In this document: piece by piece, positions 1-8,509 of the stretch
Numbering within the stretch: the stretch's first letter is position 1
Layout: every line of letters begins with the position of its first letter
From: a virus
Lineage: Duplodnaviria > Caudoviricetes
Reading direction: 5' to 3' (one strand)
Virus record (IMG/VR): IMGVR_UViG_3300012347_000101
Location: 1-59,857 of that record
DNA: 59,857 nucleotides
The notes under the pieces: generated by a model
The model's input: the letters and a program-made list of their open reading frames with translations, nothing else
Databases searched by the model: none
Told to the model about the DNA's origin: nothing
Program-made: the position numbers and the translations under genes

Positions 1-55
1 CCTTCGGCGACGAGCCTGATAAGGTCTTCAACAGTCTGTCCGTCAAGTTCGGCTC
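1..55. repeat. 55-bp terminal direct repeat (identical to 59803-59857); assembly overlap of a circular contig
   Basis: Exact match ccttcggcga...ttcggctc at both ends; two ORFs continue in frame across the join. Confidence 0.95.
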
Positions 56-190
56 GCGCTTGTGCATTGTTGCCGGCAGTGGAGGCACATCCACTCGCGG
101 GGGCGAGGGGGACGTACAGCCTTGGGCGGCTAGCAATAACGGTAGACAGCTTAGTTTCAAAATCTTGCTTAACGGCTTCATCTTTGACAT
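1..190 (-). CDS. rz1: Rz1-like outer-membrane lipoprotein spanin, 80 aa, nested in Rz in another frame (190..1 then 59802..59750)
   Basis: MSKMKPLSKILKLSCLPLLLAAQG-C-TSPSPPRVDVPPLP...: basic N-region, hydrophobic core, lipobox-like AQGC, Pro-rich mature part; AAGGA upstream. Confidence 0.7.
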   Translation of the reverse strand, partial: MSKMKPLSKILKLSCLPLLLAAQGCTSPSPPRVDVPPLPATMHKREPNLTDRLLKTLSGSSPK

Positions 191-347
191 CTTGTTCATC
201 CTTCAGAGTCTGCATCTGGTGGTTCTTCTGAGCTATCAGGGCTGCATCCTCGGCTTCCTTTAGCGCATAGCCGACATGGTGGCCGGTTAAGTACACAGTT
301 AAAGCGGCAGCGATAGCCCCTAGAATCATCCAAGGGTTGGGCATCAT
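1..347 (-). CDS. rz: Rz-like inner-membrane spanin, 141 aa, spanning the join (347..1 then 59802..59724)
   Basis: Manual translation MMPNPWMILGAIAAALTVYLTG...RLYVPLAP...AELDGQTVEDLIRLVAEGDRAIIELNSCIDRY; N-terminal TM, coiled coil, directly upstream of the endolysin; 426 nt total. Confidence 0.8.
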   Translation of the reverse strand, partial: MMPNPWMILGAIAAALTVYLTGHHVGYALKEAEDAALIAQKNHQMQTLKDEQDVKDEAVKQDFETKLSTVIASRPRLYVPLAPASGCASTAGNNAQARAELDGQTVEDLIRLVAE

Positions 348-844
348 ACTCCCTCCAGTCGTGCGGCTGCTCGTTCACGGGCGATGTCCTCCACGGCGGG
401 GTCTACGTAGTTAGCAGGGGTTGAGGGCGGTGGGGGTGCGCGCCACTCTTCGTCCAGCTCAGGGTTCTTGAACCCATTGAAGTTAAAGTCAAACATGCCC
501 GACTGAACCGTAGGCGCGGGGCTAACACTAGGCGCTACGGTTTGGGGCTGTGGGGGTTGCACCTGTGAGGTGGCGATACGCTCTGAAATGGCCTGAACAC
601 CCTTCTTCGACATCACCCCGCCTATGCCGCCAACAATCAACAACACGATGTCGTTGAGCATCTTAGCAAAGGCTTGATCCATCGGAGCCATGCTCTTGAG
701 CGGCTGCGTGACGTAAGCAAGGCTGTACAGCATAAACATCACGATTCCGGCAAGGATGATCGTGACGATGATGACCACAACGGCCCAGACTCGGACCTCG
801 ATCTCTTCAGCGGTCAGCCGATGCGGCGGGTATTGGTGCTTCAA
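344..844 (-). CDS. Two-TM membrane protein in the lysis cassette (holin/antiholin candidate)
   Basis: Two hydrophobic helices; stop overlaps the Rz start. Confidence 0.55.
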   Translation of the reverse strand: MKHQYPPHRLTAEEIEVRVWAVVVIIVTIILAGIVMFMLYSLAYVTQPLKSMAPMDQAFAKMLNDIVLLIVGGIGGVMSKKGVQAISERIATSQVQPPQPQTVAPSVSPAPTVQSGMFDFNFNGFKNPELDEEWRAPPPPSTPANYVDPAVEDIARERAAARLEGV

Positions 845-1022
845 TTTTCTTCTCCATTACGGGGGCTACAAGGTAATCGGGGCAGTCTTGTGTGAACTGA
901 CAGTCGGGCCGCTGGCAGCGCTTCTGCGCCCAGTTGGCGGGGTCTTGGCAATAGTAACGGAACCGCTCCTCGCAGGCCGTCAAACTACTCAGGATCAATA
1001 GGATCGCGGCGAGTTTTTTCAC
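807..1022 (-). CDS. Small Cys-rich lipoprotein
   Basis: Signal peptide with LTAC lipobox; mature part with four more Cys. Confidence 0.7.
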   Translation of the reverse strand: MKKLAAILLILSSLTACEERFRYYCQDPANWAQKRCQRPDCQFTQDCPDYLVAPVMEKKIEAPIPAASADR

Positions 1023-1167
1023 GTTTCTTTTCCTTCTCTTCTAAGCGGACGACTAACGCCTTCACTTCTTTGAGTTGCTTGTTTGTGTGTAGGGCGATCA
1101 TGGACAGAGCCATGATGCAGAATATCAGCAATGTGACGATTGCAACCCAAAACCAAAATTCCTTCAT
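985..1167 (-). CDS. Small single-TM membrane protein (start likely ATG 1167)
   Basis: MKEFWFWVAIVTLLIFCIMAL TM followed by a charged coil; overlaps neighbours. Confidence 0.6.
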   Translation of the reverse strand: MKEFWFWVAIVTLLIFCIMALSMIALHTNKQLKEVKALVVRLEEKEKKREKTRRDPIDPE

Positions 1168-1892
1168 AGAGTGAAATACATTCCAATCATTTGCAGCAGC
1201 CCCATTGCGGTTGCTACTACGTAGGTCAGCTTGGCCACCAGAATTTCTTTGCGGTGTTCTTGTCGCCATCGGTTGTCCCGTTCTCTCTTTGCTTTGAGTT
1301 CCCGAGCAACCTCTTGCTCTTCTAAAATCTCATCGTACTTGGACAAAAACTCTTTGTACATTGACCCCAACCCTAGAGACTCTGGTGTACCGTAGATCAT
1401 GGACTGCTTCAGCTGCGCAGACAGTTGATCCATCTGCCACTGAATCTCTATGCGGTCAATCGCACTGTCGGCAACTTTGTCGGTGGTCAAGGCCAGCTCG
1501 TCTAGTTCTCGGCAGTGTGCTTTGAGGTGCCTCATGGCTTCAAAGTAGACTTTCAAATTCTCACAAATCTCATGCACCGCGCGCGCCTGAAACTCCTCAT
1601 AACTCAGTTCGGGCTCAGGCTCGCGCTTGGCTTTAGGCTTTGCGGCTTCTTGAACAGGTTTCTGAACATCAAGTGGTACCGCAGTCTTTTTCGGTGCAAC
1701 TCCACATAAGTTTTGCACCCAAGCCCACAACCCCGTGACCTCTTTGAAGATCGCTTTTGCATCCGCTACGCCGCCTTCGACTTGCTTTTTGAACTTGCCA
1801 ATTTCAGCCTTCCCCTCGGATAGCATCTGGCAGCCAGCGCGTATAGCGCCAACCGCACTTTGTGCCATGAGGAGAAGACTGATTGGATCCAC
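1164..1892 (-). CDS. Hypothetical coiled-coil protein with C-terminal TM
   Basis: 242-aa ORF, MDPISLL start, tight operon packing. Confidence 0.7.
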   Translation of the reverse strand: MDPISLLLMAQSAVGAIRAGCQMLSEGKAEIGKFKKQVEGGVADAKAIFKEVTGLWAWVQNLCGVAPKKTAVPLDVQKPVQEAAKPKAKREPEPELSYEEFQARAVHEICENLKVYFEAMRHLKAHCRELDELALTTDKVADSAIDRIEIQWQMDQLSAQLKQSMIYGTPESLGLGSMYKEFLSKYDEILEEQEVARELKAKRERDNRWRQEHRKEILVAKLTYVVATAMGLLQMIGMYFTL

Positions 1893-1894
1893 AT

Positions 1895-2101
1895 TTACAT
1901 GCCGATCAACCGTTTGAAGAACTCAGCCGCCGCTCCAGGCCCGAGCAGGACAGCCGCAAGCACCGCATAAATGAGGTATTGCATCTTGTCCATACGCTCC
2001 GCACCTTTGTCTAGGCGGTCACTGATGGTCTCGTAACGTTGAGCACACACGGCTTCGTGAGTGTCCAAACGGGCTGCGGTTACTGAGATTGTATCGGTCA
2101 T
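1895..2101 (-). CDS. Small membrane protein (holin/XhlA-like)
   Basis: RLDTHEAVCAQRY coiled coil plus one TM; first gene of the lysis block. Confidence 0.55.
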   Translation of the reverse strand: MTDTISVTAARLDTHEAVCAQRYETISDRLDKGAERMDKMQYLIYAVLAAVLLGPGAAAEFFKRLIGM

Positions 2102-2103
2102 GA

Positions 2104-2634
2104 TTAACCCTGCACAGCGGCGATCAGTTCTTCAACACTGGTAGCAGCGGCAATTGCTGCCTCCTTGGCGGCGCACTCAGAGACGATTGCGGCGCGCTCT
2201 ACGGCCACCTCAGGCGTCACTTCGATGCCGCGCTCGGCCTTGCGGATAACTTGCCAGTCAGTCGTAGCTAGTGCAGCACCGGCAGCAGCTTTTGCTTGAG
2301 CGATGAACTGAGACTTCAAGCCTTTGGTGGTCACGGGCTCTTCAGCGCCTTCAGGTGTCTCGGTGACATCTTCCAGAGCTTTGGCAGTAGCTGGGTAGCT
2401 TGCCTCAACAGTGCTGTTGACTTCGTTAACGTGGTAGCTGGCGTTTGACACCCAGTAGAAGCGATCGTCAGGGCGTGTGCCTTCGATGATTTCCCACACA
2501 CCAGCTTCCAGCTTTTCTTCTGGGGTGCTGTTGCGCAGGAATGCGCTTGAGTATTGTTTGTCGCCCACTGTGAAGGCGATGTCCATTTGCAGGACTTGAC
2601 GAATTTGACCGTTTTGAACGACTGCGAAGCTCAT
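2104..2634 (-). CDS. Tail fibre assembly chaperone-like protein
   Basis: L..TDWQVIRKAE motif; follows the fibre genes. Confidence 0.65.
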   Translation of the reverse strand: MSFAVVQNGQIRQVLQMDIAFTVGDKQYSSAFLRNSTPEEKLEAGVWEIIEGTRPDDRFYWVSNASYHVNEVNSTVEASYPATAKALEDVTETPEGAEEPVTTKGLKSQFIAQAKAAAGAALATTDWQVIRKAERGIEVTPEVAVERAAIVSECAAKEAAIAAATSVEELIAAVQG

Positions 2635-2646
2635 GGTTGTTTCTCC

Positions 2647-5184
2647 TTAACGAGCGTTTGAATATTTGAAGGGGTTTTCGGCAAAAGCCATGTAGATGTA
2701 CGTGCCGCCTGATGCGTTCATACCGGTGCCGCTGTTTCTTTGCTTGAATCCGTTTGAAAGAATATCAGGGTTTGAATACGTGTAGGTGCTATCGGATACG
2801 TTTGGAAACAGCCACTCATTCACTACGTTGTATGCGTTTCTCGAAGTGTCAACCACGATCCAGTTATCTGCACTGTCGGTACGCTTAACCATCAAATATC
2901 TTGGACGGAAGCCAAGATACACAAACGGGCCGTCAGCCGAGCCGTTACCTGTGTACGAGCCAAACTTGGAGTACCCTGCTACTTCTGCAAAGCAGTAGGC
3001 GACGTAGGTCGCTGCGTTTGCATTAACACCGCTATTTGTCCCCACTGTGAATACAGAAGAAGTCGGGCTTGTGTTATTCCACCAAACGATATTGGTGTTG
3101 CTCGCGCCTGTTGAGTTCAACACCAACGCCGAAAGATTACCAACAGAGGAATGGTAGACAGGCCATCCATTAGCGCCGAGGCTGCGAGACTTCACGATCA
3201 CCATCTTAGGCGCAACACCCAATCCATGGCCCACAGTCGCATTAGCGCCCGTACCTGTGTATGTCACCACAGAGAACCCTTGAGTAGTTCCTGCGTTCAC
3301 AGTAGAGGTGATAGAGCCGCTTGTGTTGCTCACAGATGAGCCAGCAGCTTTCCACTGCCAACCGATGTAAGTATAGCCGCTTGCGTTCAAAGTGCTTGAT
3401 GCGGTAGCGCCAATCGTGACCCCGTTTGAGTTGAATGAACTCAAATAAGTGCCAGTGTATTCTGCGTCTGCCGAATCAGAAATTAAGAGTTTGCTTCCGC
3501 CGCGAACGGAGTCAAACAAACCGTTGTTTGACGCGTTGTTTCTAGACTTGAACCACACAAAGTCTGGTTGGAACGTAGTAGCAGTGGTGTTGTTACCGCT
3601 GTTCACAATCGACTGTGCAGCGCCCGTACCGGTGTAGGTAGTCGCAGCCATGTACTGCGCACCCAGCTTGATCGTTGGCTCAGGCAGGTTGGTTGTGCAC
3701 AGGGTTGTGAACCCTGCTGGGGGTGTGTAGGTGAAAGGGCGCTGGCCGAAGTTAAAGTTGACCGTAGCAGGGCCAGATGAGCCGGATGCGTCTGACGCGC
3801 TTGGGTAATATGGACCGCTTGTCAAACCCGTAAACGCAGTTCCTTGGCTTGTACCGTTTAAATAGAAAGCAAGTGTTCCGTTATCGGCATCGAATGCAAC
3901 GCCAATGATGTAAGTTTGGCCGCTTGTGTACCAAGCGGTTCCGTAAGACGCACCGACGTTACTATTTATTTTTTGACCGTTTCCGTTGTAATAGCCATAA
4001 CCCGTTGACAAACCACCTGCGGCGATGGTTGAAGACGTTGTGCTAATCGCAAACGGATTAGAGTCAATACCCACATACAAACCTTGTGCGTTGTATGTTT
4101 GCGTGATTTCCCAATACCATTTTCCGCTTGACATTCCAAATGAGCCGAGCACACTGCTGGTTGAAAGATTAGCAAGAGATGCAGTAAGGTTGCCGTTAGT
4201 AATTGCCCCACGCGCATTTGAATTGATGGCCAACGGGTTCAACGTGCAGTAGTTACCACGAGTCACAGACGCGCCGCCATCGGTGTTGTAGCCCACCCAA
4301 GGCGTTGGAACGTCCAACATTGAGTCGTAGGTAACCCCAGCAGTCAAACTGATGTTGTTGGCAGTCCAGTTGTTGCTGTTTCCGCTGTAGTCGTAACCCA
4401 GCGTTGTGGTGCTAGTGTTGTCTTTGAAGTTCATGTACCAACCAGTGGTGCCGTATGTACCTGTGTAGGCCATAGGCACCCAAGCGCCAGTGAAGGCGTC
4501 AGTTGTACCGAAACTAGAAGGTGTCAGAGCTTGGCCATCAACGAAGTTGGCTTCTGTCATGTAGCCGTCGTAGTAGTACGTTGATGCAAGGTCGTAAAAC
4601 TTACCAACAGTGTGCGTCCAAGTGCCGCCAGAGCACATGTATGTGTCAGAGTTAAGTGGTGGGTATGTGGCGGTGCCAAATGCCGTGACCTGCACACCGT
4701 TGACATACAGCTTCACGCGGTTGCTCGATGTGGCTTGCGTAGAATCCACGGCAACGACGATGTGGTACCAAGCAGAAGGATCACGGAAGACTTGAGAAGT
4801 CTGCAAGTTGATCGCGGCGCTACCTGTCCATTGCAAGATGTTCAAATTACCTGTGGCGTTGAAATAAATACCGCAGTGGTAAGTTGAGGTGTAGTACACG
4901 CGCAACAAGTCACCAGCCACCGTGGCCAAACTCCCGCGCTTGACCCATGCACTGTATGTCCAAGTGGTGGAGCTGCCAGAGGTCGGGAAGAGCTTGCTGA
5001 AAAACGCAGAAGCAGACTCGCGCAGACGCACAGAGCGGCTAATAGGGTCAGGCACACCCGCCACAGGCCAGATGTTGTTCTCTACCGCTGCGGCAGCATC
5101 AGTCACCGTCCACACCCCAGAGGCCGCTTGTTGAGTCGGCACTACGGGGGTCTTGCGGATAATCTTTCCAGAGTATTGAGTCAT
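2647..5184 (-). CDS. Receptor-binding/tail fibre protein with ConA/LamG-like and SPRY-like domains (paralogue A)
   Basis: FRDPSAWYHIVVAVD (LamG-like), SGKWYWE...IIGVAFDAD (SPRY-like), YTGNG/PDFVW repeats, C-terminal YIYMAFAENPF. Confidence 0.8.
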   Translation of the reverse strand: MTQYSGKIIRKTPVVPTQQAASGVWTVTDAAAAVENNIWPVAGVPDPISRSVRLRESASAFFSKLFPTSGSSTTWTYSAWVKRGSLATVAGDLLRVYYTSTYHCGIYFNATGNLNILQWTGSAAINLQTSQVFRDPSAWYHIVVAVDSTQATSSNRVKLYVNGVQVTAFGTATYPPLNSDTYMCSGGTWTHTVGKFYDLASTYYYDGYMTEANFVDGQALTPSSFGTTDAFTGAWVPMAYTGTYGTTGWYMNFKDNTSTTTLGYDYSGNSNNWTANNISLTAGVTYDSMLDVPTPWVGYNTDGGASVTRGNYCTLNPLAINSNARGAITNGNLTASLANLSTSSVLGSFGMSSGKWYWEITQTYNAQGLYVGIDSNPFAISTTSSTIAAGGLSTGYGYYNGNGQKINSNVGASYGTAWYTSGQTYIIGVAFDADNGTLAFYLNGTSQGTAFTGLTSGPYYPSASDASGSSGPATVNFNFGQRPFTYTPPAGFTTLCTTNLPEPTIKLGAQYMAATTYTGTGAAQSIVNSGNNTTATTFQPDFVWFKSRNNASNNGLFDSVRGGSKLLISDSADAEYTGTYLSSFNSNGVTIGATASSTLNASGYTYIGWQWKAAGSSVSNTSGSITSTVNAGTTQGFSVVTYTGTGANATVGHGLGVAPKMVIVKSRSLGANGWPVYHSSVGNLSALVLNSTGASNTNIVWWNNTSPTSSVFTVGTNSGVNANAATYVAYCFAEVAGYSKFGSYTGNGSADGPFVYLGFRPRYLMVKRTDSADNWIVVDTSRNAYNVVNEWLFPNVSDSTYTYSNPDILSNGFKQRNSGTGMNASGGTYIYMAFAENPFKYSNAR

Positions 5185-5187
5185 GTG

Positions 5188-7686
5188 TTATCTCGCACGG
5201 GCGATGTTGAAGGGGTTCTCAGCGAAGGCTGCGTAGATGTATGTACCACCACTGGTGTTAAATCCTGTCGCAGTACCGCGCAACTTAAATCCGTTTGAAA
5301 GAATATCCAATGCGGACAGCGTTTGCTCTGCGGAAGATGCCGCTGGTAGAAGGTACTTTCCAGCCACGTTGATCGTGTCTCTTGATGTGTCAAAAACAAA
5401 CCAGCCGTCTGCTCCGGCATCCGTTCGTTTCCACATTACCCAACGCGGTCTAAATCCACAATACACAAACGGCCCATCAGTAGAACCGTTGCCTGTGTAG
5501 CTGCCGAACTTGGAGTAGCCAGCGACTTCTGCGAAACAGTAGGCGGCCATGTTATTGCCGTTACCGTTGACTTGGTTGTCAGTAGAGACAGTAAAAACGC
5601 TTGAAGTCGGTGCTGTGTTATTCCAATACAGACTGTACGTCACAAAAGCGTCAGTCAGGTTTAGACGTAAACCGCCGGTTGCGGGTGATGCCGCTGCGTT
5701 CTTTTGGTAAACAATCCAGCCTGTTGAACCAGCAGAGCGGTTCTTCACAATCACCATTGCAGGGGCAACACCAAGGCCGTGACCCACCGTGGCGTTAGCA
5801 CCTGTACCGGTATACGTCACCACCGAGAACCCAGCAGCCGTATTCGCACTCACAGATGAAGTGATAGAGCCGTTGGTGTTGCTGACGGCAGTGCCGCCCG
5901 CTTTCCATTGCCAAGCTACGTAGTTGTAGGTGCTTTGGTTCAAAACGTAGTTTGAGCCGGAATTTGACACGGTAAAACCGGTACTTGTGATCGCACTCAC
6001 GCCGCCGTAAGTTGAGCCAGGATACGTGTCTTCGGCTTCTGTGGTGTTTGAGTAAAGTGTTTTGTAAAAACCAGAAGACGTCCCTCGGACGCTGTCATTC
6101 AAGTTGTTGAAATAACCCTGAGCTGGGTTTGTTCTTGACTTGACCCATACAAAGTCCGGCTGAAACGCTGTGCCGATTGTGGTGTTCGCTCCGTTGTTGA
6201 TGGTTTGAACACCACTGTTACCGCTGTAGGTCGTAGCCGCCATGTACTGAGCACCATTGTTGATGTTCACTGCTGGCAGGTTTTGTGTGTTCAGTGCAAC
6301 GAAGCCTGTTGGTGGGGTGTAGGCAAAGGGGCGTTGGCCGAAGTTTATAAATCCGACCATTGTGTAGTCGCCAACAGCAGGAAAATACGGGCCGTTTGTC
6401 AGGCCAGTAAATGCCGTACCTTGGCTTGTACCGTTTTTGTAGAATGTCAGTGTTCCAACGTCAGCATCAAAGGCAACGCCAATAATGTCACCCGCGCCAA
6501 GAGTTGCGCCGTAAGCCGTCCCAGTTCCAGCGTTGTACTTGCTACCGTTCCAAGCGTAACCCCAAGAGCCAGCATCGCCGCCTGTGAATGTTGATTTGTT
6601 GGTAGAGCTAATGGCCACACCACCTGCACCATAAGTGCCAGACGTTGCGCCATATTCCCAATACCACTTTCCACTGGTCATGCCGATTGTGCCAAGCACA
6701 TGGGCATCATCAGTTGAAACACTAAGGTTCAAGTTTGCGTTTGAAATGGTGATTGAGCTGTATGAGTCGAGCGGGTTGAGCGTTGCATAATTCCCACGCC
6801 CATCCCCGCCATCAGCGTAGTTGCTAGGCGAGTCAAGCATCCAGTCATACGTCACACCGGCAGTGACGCTGATGTTGTTCGGTGTCCAGTTGTTGCCGTT
6901 GCCTGAGTAGTCCTTACCCAGAGTCGTAGCCGTGGCTGCGCTGTTGTCAGCAAAGGTCAGGTAGAAACCGTTTGTGCCGTAGGTGCCTGTGTAGGGTAGC
7001 GGTTGCCACACGCCGTTGCCGTCGAACGCGCCGAACGAGCTGGCAGCGAGAGCTTGGCCGTCAATCCAATTTACTTCTGCTATGTAGCCATCGAAAAACC
7101 CCGCGCCCGTGTTATCAACCCTACGCCCGATATTGATCGGGTTAGTTGAGTTGAATTGCAAATCCGCGTTTTGAGCTGGGTAGCTGGCCGTGGAAAATGC
7201 GGTCACTTGAACGCCGTTGACATACAACTTAATGCGGTCAGAGGCGGTGGCTTGCGTTGTATCAATTGCGTAAACAAGATGATACCAAGCGGACGGATCA
7301 CGGAACACCTGTGTCGTGTAAACGCCAACGGCTGCGGCAGTGCCTACGCTGTAAAACTGAAGAGTGTTGTCGCTATAAAATTCAATTGAATGGTTGTTTG
7401 CGGTTGAAACACCAGACCATGAAAACAACGCTTGACGAGCACTGAGAGAGCCGCGCTTAACCCAAAAACTCAGGGTGCTTGTTTTGTAGTTACTAGCAAT
7501 CGCAGGTGTGCGATTCAAATAAGCACTTGCACTAGAGCGTAGGCGAACGCTGTTACCAATAGTTCTTGGCGAGACGCCCTGCAAGTATTGGAATTGCTGC
7601 TCAAGCGTCCACACGCCCGAAGCTGACGCCGTTGTAGGCGTAGTAGGGTTTGCGGTGATGACACCGCCGAGGTAACGCTGAGACAT
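5188..7686 (-). CDS. Receptor-binding/tail fibre protein with ConA/LamG-like and SPRY-like domains (paralogue B)
   Basis: Same domain order and motifs as 2647-5184. Confidence 0.8.
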   Translation of the reverse strand: MSQRYLGGVITANPTTPTTASASGVWTLEQQFQYLQGVSPRTIGNSVRLRSSASAYLNRTPAIASNYKTSTLSFWVKRGSLSARQALFSWSGVSTANNHSIEFYSDNTLQFYSVGTAAAVGVYTTQVFRDPSAWYHLVYAIDTTQATASDRIKLYVNGVQVTAFSTASYPAQNADLQFNSTNPINIGRRVDNTGAGFFDGYIAEVNWIDGQALAASSFGAFDGNGVWQPLPYTGTYGTNGFYLTFADNSAATATTLGKDYSGNGNNWTPNNISVTAGVTYDWMLDSPSNYADGGDGRGNYATLNPLDSYSSITISNANLNLSVSTDDAHVLGTIGMTSGKWYWEYGATSGTYGAGGVAISSTNKSTFTGGDAGSWGYAWNGSKYNAGTGTAYGATLGAGDIIGVAFDADVGTLTFYKNGTSQGTAFTGLTNGPYFPAVGDYTMVGFINFGQRPFAYTPPTGFVALNTQNLPAVNINNGAQYMAATTYSGNSGVQTINNGANTTIGTAFQPDFVWVKSRTNPAQGYFNNLNDSVRGTSSGFYKTLYSNTTEAEDTYPGSTYGGVSAITSTGFTVSNSGSNYVLNQSTYNYVAWQWKAGGTAVSNTNGSITSSVSANTAAGFSVVTYTGTGANATVGHGLGVAPAMVIVKNRSAGSTGWIVYQKNAAASPATGGLRLNLTDAFVTYSLYWNNTAPTSSVFTVSTDNQVNGNGNNMAAYCFAEVAGYSKFGSYTGNGSTDGPFVYCGFRPRWVMWKRTDAGADGWFVFDTSRDTINVAGKYLLPAASSAEQTLSALDILSNGFKLRGTATGFNTSGGTYIYAAFAENPFNIARAR

Positions 7687-7696
7687 GCTCTAGTCC

Positions 7697-8074
7697 TTAA
7701 CTGTTGATTTCTTCCCAAGACGCGGTCACGGTCAGGTAGTTGGCAGTGCCAGCGGTTGCGCCGATGGACTTGTCTTCCAACAAATAGAACGAGGTCGTCT
7801 TGTCTGTCACAACAAGTGTAGCGTTGGCAGGAACAGAGATCGTAGAGGCGATCGGGAATGCAGTGCCACCCAACGCAGCGGCTGAGTATGTGTTGATCGT
7901 GATGTTGGCAGCCGTGGTGCCGTTGGTGTTAGCCACCACGATTGAGTTGATCTTGTACACTTTACCGCTACCGGAGGCATTGCTGGCCACAGAAGTTGCA
8001 GAGGTTGTGCTCAGAGCGACAGTTGACGTATTTCCATAAATGGTCGTTACGTTTACGATGTTTGGGTTTGCCAT
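7697..8074 (-). CDS. Small beta-rich virion/tail adaptor protein
   Basis: 125 aa, Thr/Ser/Ala-rich, between fibre genes, AAGGA RBS. Confidence 0.65.
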   Translation of the reverse strand: MANPNIVNVTTIYGNTSTVALSTTSATSVASNASGSGKVYKINSIVVANTNGTTAANITINTYSAAALGGTAFPIASTISVPANATLVVTDKTTSFYLLEDKSIGATAGTANYLTVTASWEEINS

Positions 8075-8077
8075 TGC

Positions 8078-8392
8078 TTAGCCTCCGAAGATCATCGCCA
8101 TGGCGATGGATTTACCGGTCGAGATACCAGTGTTGGTTACAAAAGAAAGATTGCCCGCGCCGTCCGTTTGTACGATCTGATTCGCCGTGCCGTCCGCCGT
8201 GGGGTATTTGAGGCCCGCAGGGTTGTTAATCAAGCGGGTGACGGTTCCGCTAGCGTTCTCAGCATACAACGCCATGTCGGCATCGTTGATGTTGATAGCC
8301 AACTCGCCCGCAGCGAGGTTACCCGCAGACGGGGCCGCGCCGCTCGTGGTCGTGCGGTACAGCTGAATGGGAGTGTAGCCGGATTGTGCCAT
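8078..8392 (-). CDS. Short tail fibre connector protein
   Basis: IQLYR...P....L..GELAIN N-terminal motif; PTADGTANQ; C-terminal KSIAMAMIFGG. Confidence 0.65.
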   Translation of the reverse strand: MAQSGYTPIQLYRTTTSGAAPSAGNLAAGELAININDADMALYAENASGTVTRLINNPAGLKYPTADGTANQIVQTDGAGNLSFVTNTGISTGKSIAMAMIFGG

Positions 8393-8451
8393 ATGTTTAC
8401 CTCAAACTTTCTAAGCCTCGATGGGTTTCAACGGGCGAAATGATGAACGAA

Positions 8452-8479
8452 ATTCTAGCCTTGGGGTGGGCTTTTGCAA
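8452..8479 (-). promoter_or_regulatory. Sigma70-like promoter for the distal tail genes
   Basis: TTGCAA-16 bp-TAGAAT on the minus strand, intergenic. Confidence 0.5.
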
Positions 8480-8509
8480 CTTTTTCAAATGAATCAACCG
8501 TATTCATCG

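Noticed and set aside
1-55. Biological terminal repeat of the virion DNA
   Set aside because: Exactly 55 bp and in the middle of a gene, typical of an assembler k-mer overlap
2647-7686. Diversity-generating retroelement targeting the fibres
   Set aside because: No reverse transcriptase and no template/variable repeat pair differing only at adenines
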